From the NCBI GenBank assembly GCA_029259055.1, contig JAPDJP010000012.1, positions 59,883 through 123,882 on the forward strand: a stretch of DNA of 64,000 nt, given 5' to 3'. Within the stretch, counting starts at the first letter, position 1. Every line of letters starts with the position of its first letter. The position numbers were made by a program, and so were the translations under genes. The stretch is from Thermoplasmatota archaeon (GTDB lineage: Archaea; Thermoplasmatota; E2; UBA202; JdFR-43). Shown here piece by piece: positions 1-8,478 of this stretch. The notes below the pieces were generated by a model, which was not told where the DNA came from, made no database searches, and saw nothing but the letters and a program-made list of their open reading frames with translations.

Positions 1-273
1 TTTACTGAAAAAATTTTAGAAAAAGCGCTTCCAAAGGATGAAAAAGATGTTGTTTTGGCAAGGATATATGGAAATGATGTTGAAATGGAATTGATGGATT
101 TTCATGATGGTGAGTTTTCAGCAATGCAAAGAACAACGGGATTTTCAACGGCGATAATTGCTAAAATGATTTATGATATAAAGGAGGGAGCTTATCCTCC
201 AGAATTGGTAATAGATTCGGATAAATTTATTAAAGAACTCCAAAAAAGAAATATAAAGTGGAGGAAAAAATGA
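1..273 (+). CDS. 3' end of a gene that begins upstream of the window. The frame is open from nucleotide 1 (FTEKILEKALPKDEKDVVLARIYGNDVEM...). C-terminal region weakly resembles saccharopine dehydrogenase / carboxy(nor)spermidine dehydrogenase C-terminal domains.
   Basis: Frame 1 is open from position 1 to the stop at 271-273; the track ORF 55..273 is only the part after an internal Met. Motif ...SAMQRTTGFSTAIIAKMI...GAYPPE resembles Sacchrp_dh C-terminal regions (recalled, not computed). Confidence 0.35.
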   Translation, partial: FTEKILEKALPKDEKDVVLARIYGNDVEMELMDFHDGEFSAMQRTTGFSTAIIAKMIYDIKEGAYPPELVIDSDKFIKELQKRNIKWRKK

Positions 274-827
274 GGCGTTATCCAGAGCCCCCATGGACAT
301 ACTCACCAAAAGAAGTAAATGAATGGCTTAACGCTGTATACGGAATGCATAAATGCAGAAAATCTAAAGTTGAAAAGGAAAAGAAATGGCTTAAGAACGT
401 TGAAATAGATGTTGACTTGGATGTTGAAAAAGAAATAAAAGAACCAGCAAATCTTATAGTAAAAATTCTTTATGAATTAACAGGAAGGGAAAAAATTGAG
501 GAACATTTTGAATTGTTACCAACCATTGAAATAGTATTAAGAGCTCTGTTTAAAGCAGGATATAAAAAAGCGGGAATAAAAATAGATGGAAAAGAAATAA
601 AAGCGGAAAAAATAAAAAATGCTATAAAAGATTTAGCAAAAATTAAGGGAATAAAAGAAGCAAAAATAATTGCAATAAACGATGGGAAGGCAATAATAAA
701 AATAAGTAGAATACATCCAAAGAAAAGGCATTCCTTGGAAATAAGAATAGATAAAATAAAAGAAAAAAATTTGCAAAAATTTTTGATTTATATAAGAAAG
801 AGGTTAAAGGGGAAGTATTTTGCTTAG
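258..827 (+). CDS. Hypothetical Lys-rich protein
   Basis: 189-aa ORF with start overlapping the upstream stop. K/E/I-rich, no recognisable motif. Confidence 0.4.
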   Translation: MEEKMRRYPEPPWTYSPKEVNEWLNAVYGMHKCRKSKVEKEKKWLKNVEIDVDLDVEKEIKEPANLIVKILYELTGREKIEEHFELLPTIEIVLRALFKAGYKKAGIKIDGKEIKAEKIKNAIKDLAKIKGIKEAKIIAINDGKAIIKISRIHPKKRHSLEIRIDKIKEKNLQKFLIYIRKRLKGKYFA

Positions 828-2176
828 CCCACAGCTTCTTTTATTGCTTCCTCTACCAAATCCATTGCATTATTTAATTGCTCCTCATTTATACATAATG
901 GAGGTATAAATCTAATTGCGGATTGACCACAGCTCAAAAGTAGTATTCCCTTTCTAAATGCTCTTTCTATAATTTCGTCTCTTAATTTTGGCTCTATCTC
1001 CTTGCTTTTTTTATCCTTAACGATTTCTATTGCTTGCATTAGCCCTATACCCCTTGCATCTCCAACGATTTCATATTTTTCTTTCATCTCTTCTAATCTT
1101 TTCTTCATTATTTCTCCCTGTTTTTCCGCATTTTTTATTAGCCCTTCTTCTTCCAAAACTTCAATTGTTGCTAAAGAAGCTGCGCATGCCAAAGGATTTC
1201 CCCCAAATGTTGTCGAATGCGCTCCTTTCACTTTAAAATCATTTTCTGCTGGATAAATGCATGCGGATATAGGTATTCCCGAAGCCATTGCTTTTGCTGT
1301 TGTTATAACATCTGGAACAACATTAAAATGTTCAATTGCCCACATTTTTCCTGTTCTCCCAAAGCCAGCTTGAATCTCATCGTCAATAAATAAAATTCCA
1401 TGTTCTTCAGCCAATTTTTTCAATTCTCCATGAAAATTTTTTGGTGGAACAATGTACCCTCCTTCTCCCTGTATTGGCTCAACAAAAATCGCAGCCACTT
1501 CATCGCTTGGTAAAAAATGATTGAAAGCATATTCAATATAATTTATGACCGCATTTGTTAATTCATATGGCTCCTCATATCCGTCTATTCCAAAAGGATT
1601 ACGATATGGATTTGGATATGGCATATGAATAACGCCTGGCGTCCATGGGAAAAATTTTTGCTTATGGACTGGCTTGCTCGCTGTCAATGCCAGCGCTCCC
1701 ATTGTTCTTCCATGAAAAGCCCCTATAAATGCGATGAAAAATTTTTTTCCAGTACTCCATCTAGCCATTTTTATTGCTGCTTCTATTGCTTCGGCACCAC
1801 TATTTCCATAATAAACTTTTTTATCAAAATTCCCTGGTGTTATCTGACATAACTTTTCCGCTAAATTCGCCTGTACTTCATAATAAAAATCTGTTCCTGC
1901 AAAATGCAGGAATTTTTCTGCCTGCTCTTTTATTGCTTTTGTTACCTTAGGATGACAATGCCCAACATTTACAACCCCAACTCCAGAAGTAAAATCAAAA
2001 AAGATATTTCCATCAACATCTTCAAAAACAATGCCTTTCGCTTCTTTTACAACAGCTGGAGAAGCTTTTGTTGTTGTTGCAATGAATTTTTCGTCTTTTG
2101 AAATTATTTCCTTTGCTTTATCACCAACAACATTTTTAACTAATGGCTTGCTCTCATTTCCTGTAATCATGTGCAT
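824..2176 (-). CDS. Class III PLP-dependent aminotransferase (4-aminobutyrate/acetylornithine aminotransferase family)
   Basis: 450 aa. Motifs GNSGAEAIEAAIKMAR and FIDDEIQAGFGRTGKMWAIEHF are typical of AT-III family enzymes. Confidence 0.85.
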   Translation of the reverse strand: MHMITGNESKPLVKNVVGDKAKEIISKDEKFIATTTKASPAVVKEAKGIVFEDVDGNIFFDFTSGVGVVNVGHCHPKVTKAIKEQAEKFLHFAGTDFYYEVQANLAEKLCQITPGNFDKKVYYGNSGAEAIEAAIKMARWSTGKKFFIAFIGAFHGRTMGALALTASKPVHKQKFFPWTPGVIHMPYPNPYRNPFGIDGYEEPYELTNAVINYIEYAFNHFLPSDEVAAIFVEPIQGEGGYIVPPKNFHGELKKLAEEHGILFIDDEIQAGFGRTGKMWAIEHFNVVPDVITTAKAMASGIPISACIYPAENDFKVKGAHSTTFGGNPLACAASLATIEVLEEEGLIKNAEKQGEIMKKRLEEMKEKYEIVGDARGIGLMQAIEIVKDKKSKEIEPKLRDEIIERAFRKGILLLSCGQSAIRFIPPLCINEEQLNNAMDLVEEAIKEAVG

Positions 2177-2209
2177 GAAATGTTTGTTTAATTTAAAAAA
2201 TTTCTCTCG

Positions 2210-3067
2210 TCAGAATTTCTTCTTCCATATAATGAACACTATAATACCAATTAAAATTATTATCAGGCCAACAGCTATTGCTCCGCCTCCGCCAGCCTTT
2301 GCCTCGCTAAATAGATTCATTTGATATTCCTCGTAATTCTTTTTCTCTTGGTGCCCAACAGGATAATATGTTAGCTTTATTTTTGCATTTGTTTCTCTGA
2401 TTTCTTCCGCTTTTATAGTTACCAAAACAGATTTTTTGGTTTTTGGAGGGATTGAAAAAATTCTTTTATCAAAAGTAAAAGAAAAGCCAGTTGCATTTTC
2501 TGTAGATAATTCAACATTGATATTTGCGTTGCAATTATTCGTTATATTAAGCATAATCGTTTCCTCATCTCCTTTATAAAGATGAACAGCAGATGGAGCT
2601 TCTATAGTTAAACCATTATCTACAAAATCTTCCATAACACTAATTTCTTTTCTCTTTTCACATCCTTTTATAAGAAAGCTTCCATTTGTATATACATGCA
2701 AACTAAAAGAATAAATGCTATAGGCTGTTGTTTCTTTATTCGCTTTGAGCATCATTTTAACTGTTTTGCTAACCTCTCCCCCCATTAATTTTGCTGGAGT
2801 TATGGTGAATTCGGAAGGAGAAAATCTTACAGATAACCATTCTGGCACATTTTCAGCTTCAACATATATTTTTACTGGTAATGGAATAATTGCTCCAAAT
2901 CCCCATGTAAAAGTAACATTTACTTCTGCTGTTATTTCCTTACCTAATGGAATTGGAGAAATTTCTTCAACATTTATTTCTATATCTGAAAAAATGAAAT
3001 GGGCGCTTGAATTATATGGAATAATAAAAATAAGAAATAAGGATATTGCCATAATTTTTACTTTCAT
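2210..3067 (-). CDS. Secreted/surface protein with N-terminal signal peptide and C-terminal Gly-rich linker plus TM anchor
   Basis: N-terminus MKVKIMAISLFLIFIIPYNSSA. C-terminus ...AKAGGGGAIAVGLIIILIGIIVFIIWKKKF (hydrophobic helix then KKK). Confidence 0.5.
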   Translation of the reverse strand: MKVKIMAISLFLIFIIPYNSSAHFIFSDIEINVEEISPIPLGKEITAEVNVTFTWGFGAIIPLPVKIYVEAENVPEWLSVRFSPSEFTITPAKLMGGEVSKTVKMMLKANKETTAYSIYSFSLHVYTNGSFLIKGCEKRKEISVMEDFVDNGLTIEAPSAVHLYKGDEETIMLNITNNCNANINVELSTENATGFSFTFDKRIFSIPPKTKKSVLVTIKAEEIRETNAKIKLTYYPVGHQEKKNYEEYQMNLFSEAKAGGGGAIAVGLIIILIGIIVFIIWKKKF

Positions 3068-3235
3068 AATGGTATATCTGGAAATAATATAAGTTTATTG
3101 CTTTGATATATTTTATAGCATTTGTAAAATTTTTGCAATTTTGGAAAAAAATTTTGAAAAAAATTTTACCAAAATACAGTAATGAATGCAAAAATATGCA
3201 AAAATTAATATATGAATCTTTTATTTTGAAACAAA

Positions 3236-4261
3236 ATGAGATATGTAAAGATTTATAATGAAAAAATGCAGGAATTCTTGGAAAGATTGAAAAATTATGG
3301 TAAGTTATATGCTCCAGTTAAAATATCAGATAAATTTTATGATAGAAAGGAAATTGATGATGTTAAAAAAATTTCTTTTGATTGTCTCCGCACAATAATG
3401 CCAGCAAAAAAATTTTTTATTCCTCCATATGAAGAGTTATTTGAAATTGATATCGAAAATGCTGATTATAAAGAAAAAATTGAGGAAACCGAGCCTTTTG
3501 TTTTATTTGGTTTGCATGCATGTGAAATTGTTGCACTACGTATATTAGATGGAGTATACTTAGATGAATTTCCTGATATATATTATGCAAATAGAAGAAA
3601 AGCGGGTATAATAATTGGATTGAGTTGTTTACCAGATGAATATTGTTTTTGCAATCTGACAAGAACTGACTTCGTTGACATAGGTTTTGAACTTTTCTTA
3701 CACGAATTACCAGATGGCTATTTAATTAGAGTAGGAAGTCCAAAAGGGCATAAAATAGTTGATGAAAATCCAGATTTATTTTCGGAAGTTAAAAAGGAAG
3801 ATATAGATGCTTTTAAAATGTTTGAAGAGAAGAGGCAAAAATTGTTCAAATATTATGGAAGCTTTGATAATATCAGGTATATCTTGGAATTAACAATGAA
3901 GGATAAAATATGGGATGAGGAAGCAGAAAAATGCTTAGGATGCGGAAATTGCACAATGACTTGCCCAACTTGTAGGTGCTATGATGTGCAAGATATTCCA
4001 GATATAGATGGAAAGCATGCAAAAAGAATAAGATTCTGGGACTCATGCCAGTTTAGGAGCCACGGGTTGGTGGCGGGAGGACACAATTTTAGGCCGACAA
4101 AAAAAGATAGGTTCCTAAACAGATATATATGCAAAAACGCGTATTTCTATCCTTTAGGAACTTCCTATTGTGTTGGATGCGGAAACTGTACTTATTTCTG
4201 TCCAGCAAATATTAATTTTCTGGAGAATTTAATCGAAATAAGGAGGGGAATAAATGCATGA
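3236..4261 (+). CDS. hydB: Sulfhydrogenase-type hydrogenase beta subunit (Fe-S subunit, HydB/AsrA-like)
   Basis: 341 aa with two ferredoxin-like clusters, [16 protein letters not shown] and [12 protein letters not shown]. First gene of a four-gene operon; its stop overlaps the next start. Confidence 0.75.
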   Translation: MRYVKIYNEKMQEFLERLKNYGKLYAPVKISDKFYDRKEIDDVKKISFDCLRTIMPAKKFFIPPYEELFEIDIENADYKEKIEETEPFVLFGLHACEIVALRILDGVYLDEFPDIYYANRRKAGIIIGLSCLPDEYCFCNLTRTDFVDIGFELFLHELPDGYLIRVGSPKGHKIVDENPDLFSEVKKEDIDAFKMFEEKRQKLFKYYGSFDNIRYILELTMKDKIWDEEAEKCLGCGNCTMTCPTCRCYDVQDIPDIDGKHAKRIRFWDSCQFRSHGLVAGGHNFRPTKKDRFLNRYICKNAYFYPLGTSYCVGCGNCTYFCPANINFLENLIEIRRGINA

Positions 4262-5111
4262 AAATAAAGGGAATGTTTATTCCTTATATAAATGTAGAGT
4301 GCTAAGGGTTTATGATTTAACAGATGATGTAAAATTATTCCTATTTAGATTTGAAGACCCAGATATAGCGGAAAAATGGACATTTATACCGGGACAATTT
4401 GTTCAACTTTCCCTTCCAGGATATGGGGAAGTACCAATTTCTATTTGCTCTTCCCCTATGAGAAGGGGTTTTTTTGAATTATGCATAAAAAAAGCTGGAA
4501 GAGTTACAAGTAAAATTTTTGAATTAAAACCTGGAGATTTTGTTGGAGTGAGAGGACCGTATGGAAATGGTTTTCCAATGCAAGAATTTGAGGGAAATGA
4601 TATGCTATTAATTGCATGCGGAATAGGTATGGCTCCTTTACGTTCAGTTTTTATGTATGCATTAGATAATAGATGGAAATTTGGAAATATTACAGTAATA
4701 AATAGTGCAAAATATGGAAAAAATTTGCTATTTAAAAAGGAGTTAGAAGCCATGCGAGATGTTGCTGAAGCGGAAAACATAAGAATAATACAGACCGTAA
4801 CTCGCGACCCCGATTGGCCTGGAAGAATTGGAAGGGCGCAGGAACATATAAGATATGCGAATACTAGACCGGATAAATCTTATGTTTGTCTTTGTGGCCC
4901 TCCTCAAGCATATCATGATATATTTACGAAGCTTATTGAACATGGATACAATCCAAAAAGAATATATGTTACTTTGGAGAGAAGGATGAAATGCGGTGTC
5001 GGCAAATGCGGGCATTGTATAGCTGGGACATCAACATTCTTAAAGTACATATGTATAGATGGTCCTGTATTTGGGTATTATGATATAATTTCAACACCAG
5101 GGTTAATATGA
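4254..5111 (+). CDS. hydG: Sulfhydrogenase gamma subunit (FAD/NAD(P)H-binding, PyrK/AsrB-like, C-terminal 2Fe-2S)
   Basis: 285 aa. Ferredoxin-reductase-like fold with C-terminal CGVGKCGHC motif. 8-nt overlap with hydB, 4-nt overlap with hydD. Confidence 0.8.
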   Translation: MHENKGNVYSLYKCRVLRVYDLTDDVKLFLFRFEDPDIAEKWTFIPGQFVQLSLPGYGEVPISICSSPMRRGFFELCIKKAGRVTSKIFELKPGDFVGVRGPYGNGFPMQEFEGNDMLLIACGIGMAPLRSVFMYALDNRWKFGNITVINSAKYGKNLLFKKELEAMRDVAEAENIRIIQTVTRDPDWPGRIGRAQEHIRYANTRPDKSYVCLCGPPQAYHDIFTKLIEHGYNPKRIYVTLERRMKCGVGKCGHCIAGTSTFLKYICIDGPVFGYYDIISTPGLI

Positions 5112-5869
5112 AGAAGCTAAAAATTGGTGTACATGGTCTAACTTCCTGTTATGGCTGTCAGCTAAAAATGGCTAGTCTTAAGCTTGCGGAGAATATTGAA
5201 ATAGTGTATTGGAATATGCTATCAAGTAAGGGAGAAATAGGTAAAGTAGATGTTGCTTTTGTAGAAGGAAGCGTAAGTACGGGAGAAGATGAAGAAGAAT
5301 TAAAAAAGATAAGAGAAAATGCAGACATACTGGTGGCTATGGGAACTTGTGCAACACATGGTGGTGTGCAGGGAGTAATTTTTGGGGAGGATTATAAAAA
5401 ATGTTTTAAAGAAATATATGGGGATAACAATATAGAGTTTGATGGAAGAATAGGAGAACCAATAAAAAAATATGTTAAGGTTGATTATAATTTGCCGGGT
5501 TGTCCTCCAGAAGAGGATGAAATTCTTTATTATTTAGCCACCTTCGCATTGGGGAGCTACCCGGAAGAAAAGGATTATCCAGTTTGTGCTGAATGTAGAA
5601 GGAATGGCTATCCATGTATATTAATAGAAAAAAATAAGCCCTGTTTAGGCCCGTTAACAGTTGCTGGATGTAAAGCAAGATGTTTAAAGTATGGGATAGA
5701 ATGTACAGGATGTAGAGGACCATTGCCACACAATATTGCATGGTTTGATTCTTTAGCCAGAACATTTAAGGAAAGAGGTATGAGCAAAGAATTTATTAAA
5801 TCAAAAATGGAAATATTTGGTAAGCAATATGAAAACATGGAAGAGCTAATAAATAAGGTGTTTGAATGA
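5108..5869 (+). CDS. hydD: [NiFe] hydrogenase small (delta) subunit
   Basis: N-terminus KIGVHGLTSCYGCQL and GTCATHGG, characteristic of group-3 NiFe small subunits / NuoB-like proteins. Distal Cys cluster CAECRRNGYPC...CLGP...GCKARC. Confidence 0.85.
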   Translation: MKKLKIGVHGLTSCYGCQLKMASLKLAENIEIVYWNMLSSKGEIGKVDVAFVEGSVSTGEDEEELKKIRENADILVAMGTCATHGGVQGVIFGEDYKKCFKEIYGDNNIEFDGRIGEPIKKYVKVDYNLPGCPPEEDEILYYLATFALGSYPEEKDYPVCAECRRNGYPCILIEKNKPCLGPLTVAGCKARCLKYGIECTGCRGPLPHNIAWFDSLARTFKERGMSKEFIKSKMEIFGKQYENMEELINKVFE

Positions 5870-7134
5870 AGATTTATAGAGAGATAAAGATTGACCATCT
5901 GGCTAGAATAGAAGGAAAGGCAGGGATAGTTGTGGAAATTGGGGAGGAAGTAAAAGCAAGAGTAAATGTTACAGAAGGACCAAGATTTTTTGAATTGATT
6001 ACGAGAGGAAAAAATTATAATGATGCTGCTTCCATTTGTTCCAGAATTTGCAGTTTTTGTTCCATTCCCCATAAACTAACACCTATTGAAGCAATAGAAA
6101 AAGCTTTGGACATTGAAGTTACAGAGCAAACCAAAATTTTGAGAAAAATCCTCTATTTTGCGAATATAATCGAGAGTCACTCCTTACATCTTTTTCTTTT
6201 TGCTATGCCAGACTATCTCGGTTATCCTGATGCATTTTCTATGGCAAAAAAATATCCAAAGTTAATGAAAACCGGCTTGGAATTGAAAAATTTTGGAGCG
6301 GAGGTTCAAAAAATAATTGGGAGTAGAGAAATTCATCCAGAAAATGCAATTGTTGGTGGATTCGGGAAATTGCCATCTCAAAAGGATATGGAAAAAATAA
6401 GAAAAATGGCAAAAGAAAATTTAGAAAGAGCAATAGCAACTGTAGATTTTTTTGCAGAATATGAATACCCCTCATATACAAAAATGGAAAGAAAGCATTT
6501 ATCAATAGATGGTTATGAAGCCTACGGAAATAAGATAAAAGCAACTGATGGAAACGAATTTTCTATAGAAGCATATAAAGAGAATATTGAGGAAGAGGTT
6601 GTTTCTTATTCATTTGCAAAAAGAGGAAAATATAAAGGGGAGCCTTTTATGACAGGAGCTATCTCAAGAATTGTCAACAATATGGAATTTTTGGAAGGAG
6701 AAGCAAAAGAATTGGTCAAAAAATATGAAGATTTTATTGATTCTAAGAATTGCTTTGCAAATAATTTCGCTCAAGCTATAGAACTTGTTTATTTTACGCA
6801 AAAAATAGGAGAGCTATCTAATATAAAAATAAAAGAAGAAAGAAATGTTGACATTGAAAAGAAAAATGGCAGAGGAATTGCTGTTACTGAAGCTCCTAGA
6901 GGATTGCTTATTTATGAAGTTGAAGTTGAAAATGAGAAAATTAAATATATGAATGTTATAACACCTACCGCTATGTTGCTTCCGATGATGGAAATAGATG
7001 CTATAAACATGGCCAAAGGATTATGGGAAGATGGTTATAAAGATATAGATTTAATAGGAAAAAAGATAGAAATGGTTGTAAGGGCATATGACCCTTGTAT
7101 ATCATGTAGTGTGCATGTAATTAATAAAAAATGA
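5866..7134 (+). CDS. hydA: [NiFe] hydrogenase large (alpha) subunit
   Basis: 422 aa. N-terminal RICSFCSIPH (RxCxxCxxxH-type Ni ligand motif) and C-terminal DPCISCSVHV (DPCxxCxxH), the two NiFe-site motifs. Confidence 0.9.
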   Translation: MKIYREIKIDHLARIEGKAGIVVEIGEEVKARVNVTEGPRFFELITRGKNYNDAASICSRICSFCSIPHKLTPIEAIEKALDIEVTEQTKILRKILYFANIIESHSLHLFLFAMPDYLGYPDAFSMAKKYPKLMKTGLELKNFGAEVQKIIGSREIHPENAIVGGFGKLPSQKDMEKIRKMAKENLERAIATVDFFAEYEYPSYTKMERKHLSIDGYEAYGNKIKATDGNEFSIEAYKENIEEEVVSYSFAKRGKYKGEPFMTGAISRIVNNMEFLEGEAKELVKKYEDFIDSKNCFANNFAQAIELVYFTQKIGELSNIKIKEERNVDIEKKNGRGIAVTEAPRGLLIYEVEVENEKIKYMNVITPTAMLLPMMEIDAINMAKGLWEDGYKDIDLIGKKIEMVVRAYDPCISCSVHVINKK

Positions 7135-7547
7135 AAACACTGGTTGTCTTCTTAGGAAATGAGATTGCTGGAGATGATTCGATAGGTTATGAAATTTATA
7201 GGAAAATAAAAATAAGCAATAAAGTATTCCTTTCCACAGACTTCTTTAAATTGTATGGAATATACAAAAATCAGGAAAGGCTCATTATTGTTGATGCTGT
7301 TTATGGAATAAATGAAATTATTCATTTAAAAAATGAAGAAATATTTGAAATTGATGACAAAAGCATAGGAAATCATTTTATTTCCGCTATAGAATCTTTA
7401 AAAATATTGAAAATTGTAATGAAAAATTTTCCTAAGGAAATTCATTTAATAGGACTACCTGCAAAGGACTTTAATAAAATTACATATAATGATGAAATAA
7501 TTGAAAAAGCAATAAGAAAAATAGAAGAAATAATGAAAAAGTCATAG
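7131..7547 (+). CDS. hycI: Hydrogenase maturation endopeptidase (HycI/HybD family)
   Basis: 138 aa. N-terminus LVVFLGNEIAGDDSIGYEI matches the GNxxxxDDGxG signature. Translationally coupled to hydA. Confidence 0.8.
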   Translation: MKTLVVFLGNEIAGDDSIGYEIYRKIKISNKVFLSTDFFKLYGIYKNQERLIIVDAVYGINEIIHLKNEEIFEIDDKSIGNHFISAIESLKILKIVMKNFPKEIHLIGLPAKDFNKITYNDEIIEKAIRKIEEIMKKS

Positions 7548-8219
7548 TCTTACTGGTATTTCCTTTCCAAAATAAACATTTTTCCCATCAAATTTTATTC
7601 TGCATGCCATTATTTTAACTCCTCTTTCATGCGCCATCTTCAAAGTTTGTGAAAATTTTTCATCTATTTCCCAATTTGGGGAGAAATATCTTGCTTCCCT
7701 CATAACTAAAAATAGAATGGCTACCTTATAATTATTAATGGCATTTATTAATTCCACTACGTGCCTCCTCCCCCTCTCTGTTGGCGCATCTGGAAACATC
7801 GCTATACCATTCTTTTCATAAGTACACCCTTTAACCTCTAACAAACATTTTTTTGAATTTTTTAATAAAAAGTCTATTCTGCTTTTTCCATATTTATATT
7901 CCTTTTTCTCAATCTTATAATTAAAATTTTTTAATAAACCATTTTCTAAGATTTTCTCCGCAAATATTGAATGATAACCAGAATGTATAAAAACCCATTC
8001 CTTTAATTTTATAGCTATTACATCATATTTTGTTTTTCTTTTTCTTCCTTCCTTTTTACAAAGCAAAACTTTTCTTCCTCTCTTTAAGAGTTGATGCAAT
8101 CTTCCTGGGTCGTGCAGATGGCATTTTATTTTCCCTTTCAAATCTACTTCTACTAAAAATTTATTTAATCTTCTAATGAATGTAGCTTCTGTTAATTCAT
8201 CGAAACTATAGATAATCAA
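7542..8219 (-). CDS. sfsA: SfsA-family (sugar fermentation stimulation protein-like, PD-(D/E)XK nuclease fold) protein
   Basis: 225 aa. N-terminus ...ATFIRRLNKFLVEVDLKGKIKCHLHDPGRL resembles the SfsA N-terminal signature. Confidence 0.65.
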   Translation of the reverse strand: MIIYSFDELTEATFIRRLNKFLVEVDLKGKIKCHLHDPGRLHQLLKRGRKVLLCKKEGRKRKTKYDVIAIKLKEWVFIHSGYHSIFAEKILENGLLKNFNYKIEKKEYKYGKSRIDFLLKNSKKCLLEVKGCTYEKNGIAMFPDAPTERGRRHVVELINAINNYKVAILFLVMREARYFSPNWEIDEKFSQTLKMAHERGVKIMACRIKFDGKNVYFGKEIPVRL

Positions 8220-8220
8220 G

Positions 8221-8436
8221 CTAGCAAGAACTATGCTCTATGGCATTATTTGGACATGACTCAACGCAAGCACAACACTCTATGCAATCATCAACATTAT
8301 TAGCTACTGCCTTACCCTCTTTTAATTCATATATATCAACAGGACAAATTTCAACGCATTTGGCGGCGCCCTCGCATTTATCATAATCAATTTTTATCAC
8401 AATATCTCCTGAAGATGATTTAAATTCCATTATCAT
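8221..8436 (-). CDS. 2x[4Fe-4S] ferredoxin
   Basis: 71 aa with two cluster motifs, CEGAAKCVEICP and CIECCACVESCP. Confidence 0.8.
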   Translation of the reverse strand: MIMEFKSSSGDIVIKIDYDKCEGAAKCVEICPVDIYELKEGKAVANNVDDCIECCACVESCPNNAIEHSSC

Positions 8437-8478
8437 GATATGATAAGAAAATTTGCTTTATAAAATTAATGTTATTAT

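Noticed and set aside
1002-2324. Several 60-100-aa ORFs on the plus strand (1002..1256, 1030..1236, 1625..1852, 1904..2101, 2031..2324) antisense to the aminotransferase gene
   Set aside because: They are low-complexity (S/F/L/I-rich) translations of the opposite strand of a strongly supported gene, with no motifs; they are typical AT-rich antisense artefacts. The same reasoning applies to the other short antisense ORFs in the track (for example 3417..3662, 4403..5015, 5475..6072, 6239..6544, 9107..9298, 10234..10864, 18387..18599, 19179..19373, 20687..21411, 26388..26884, 26980..29723, 32139..32598, 38763..39077, 39655..40370, 47202..48341, 51119..51799, 52161..52373, 52802..53134, 56098..56305, 56745..57038, 58964..59402, 59815..60093, 60532..60753, 62189..63175).
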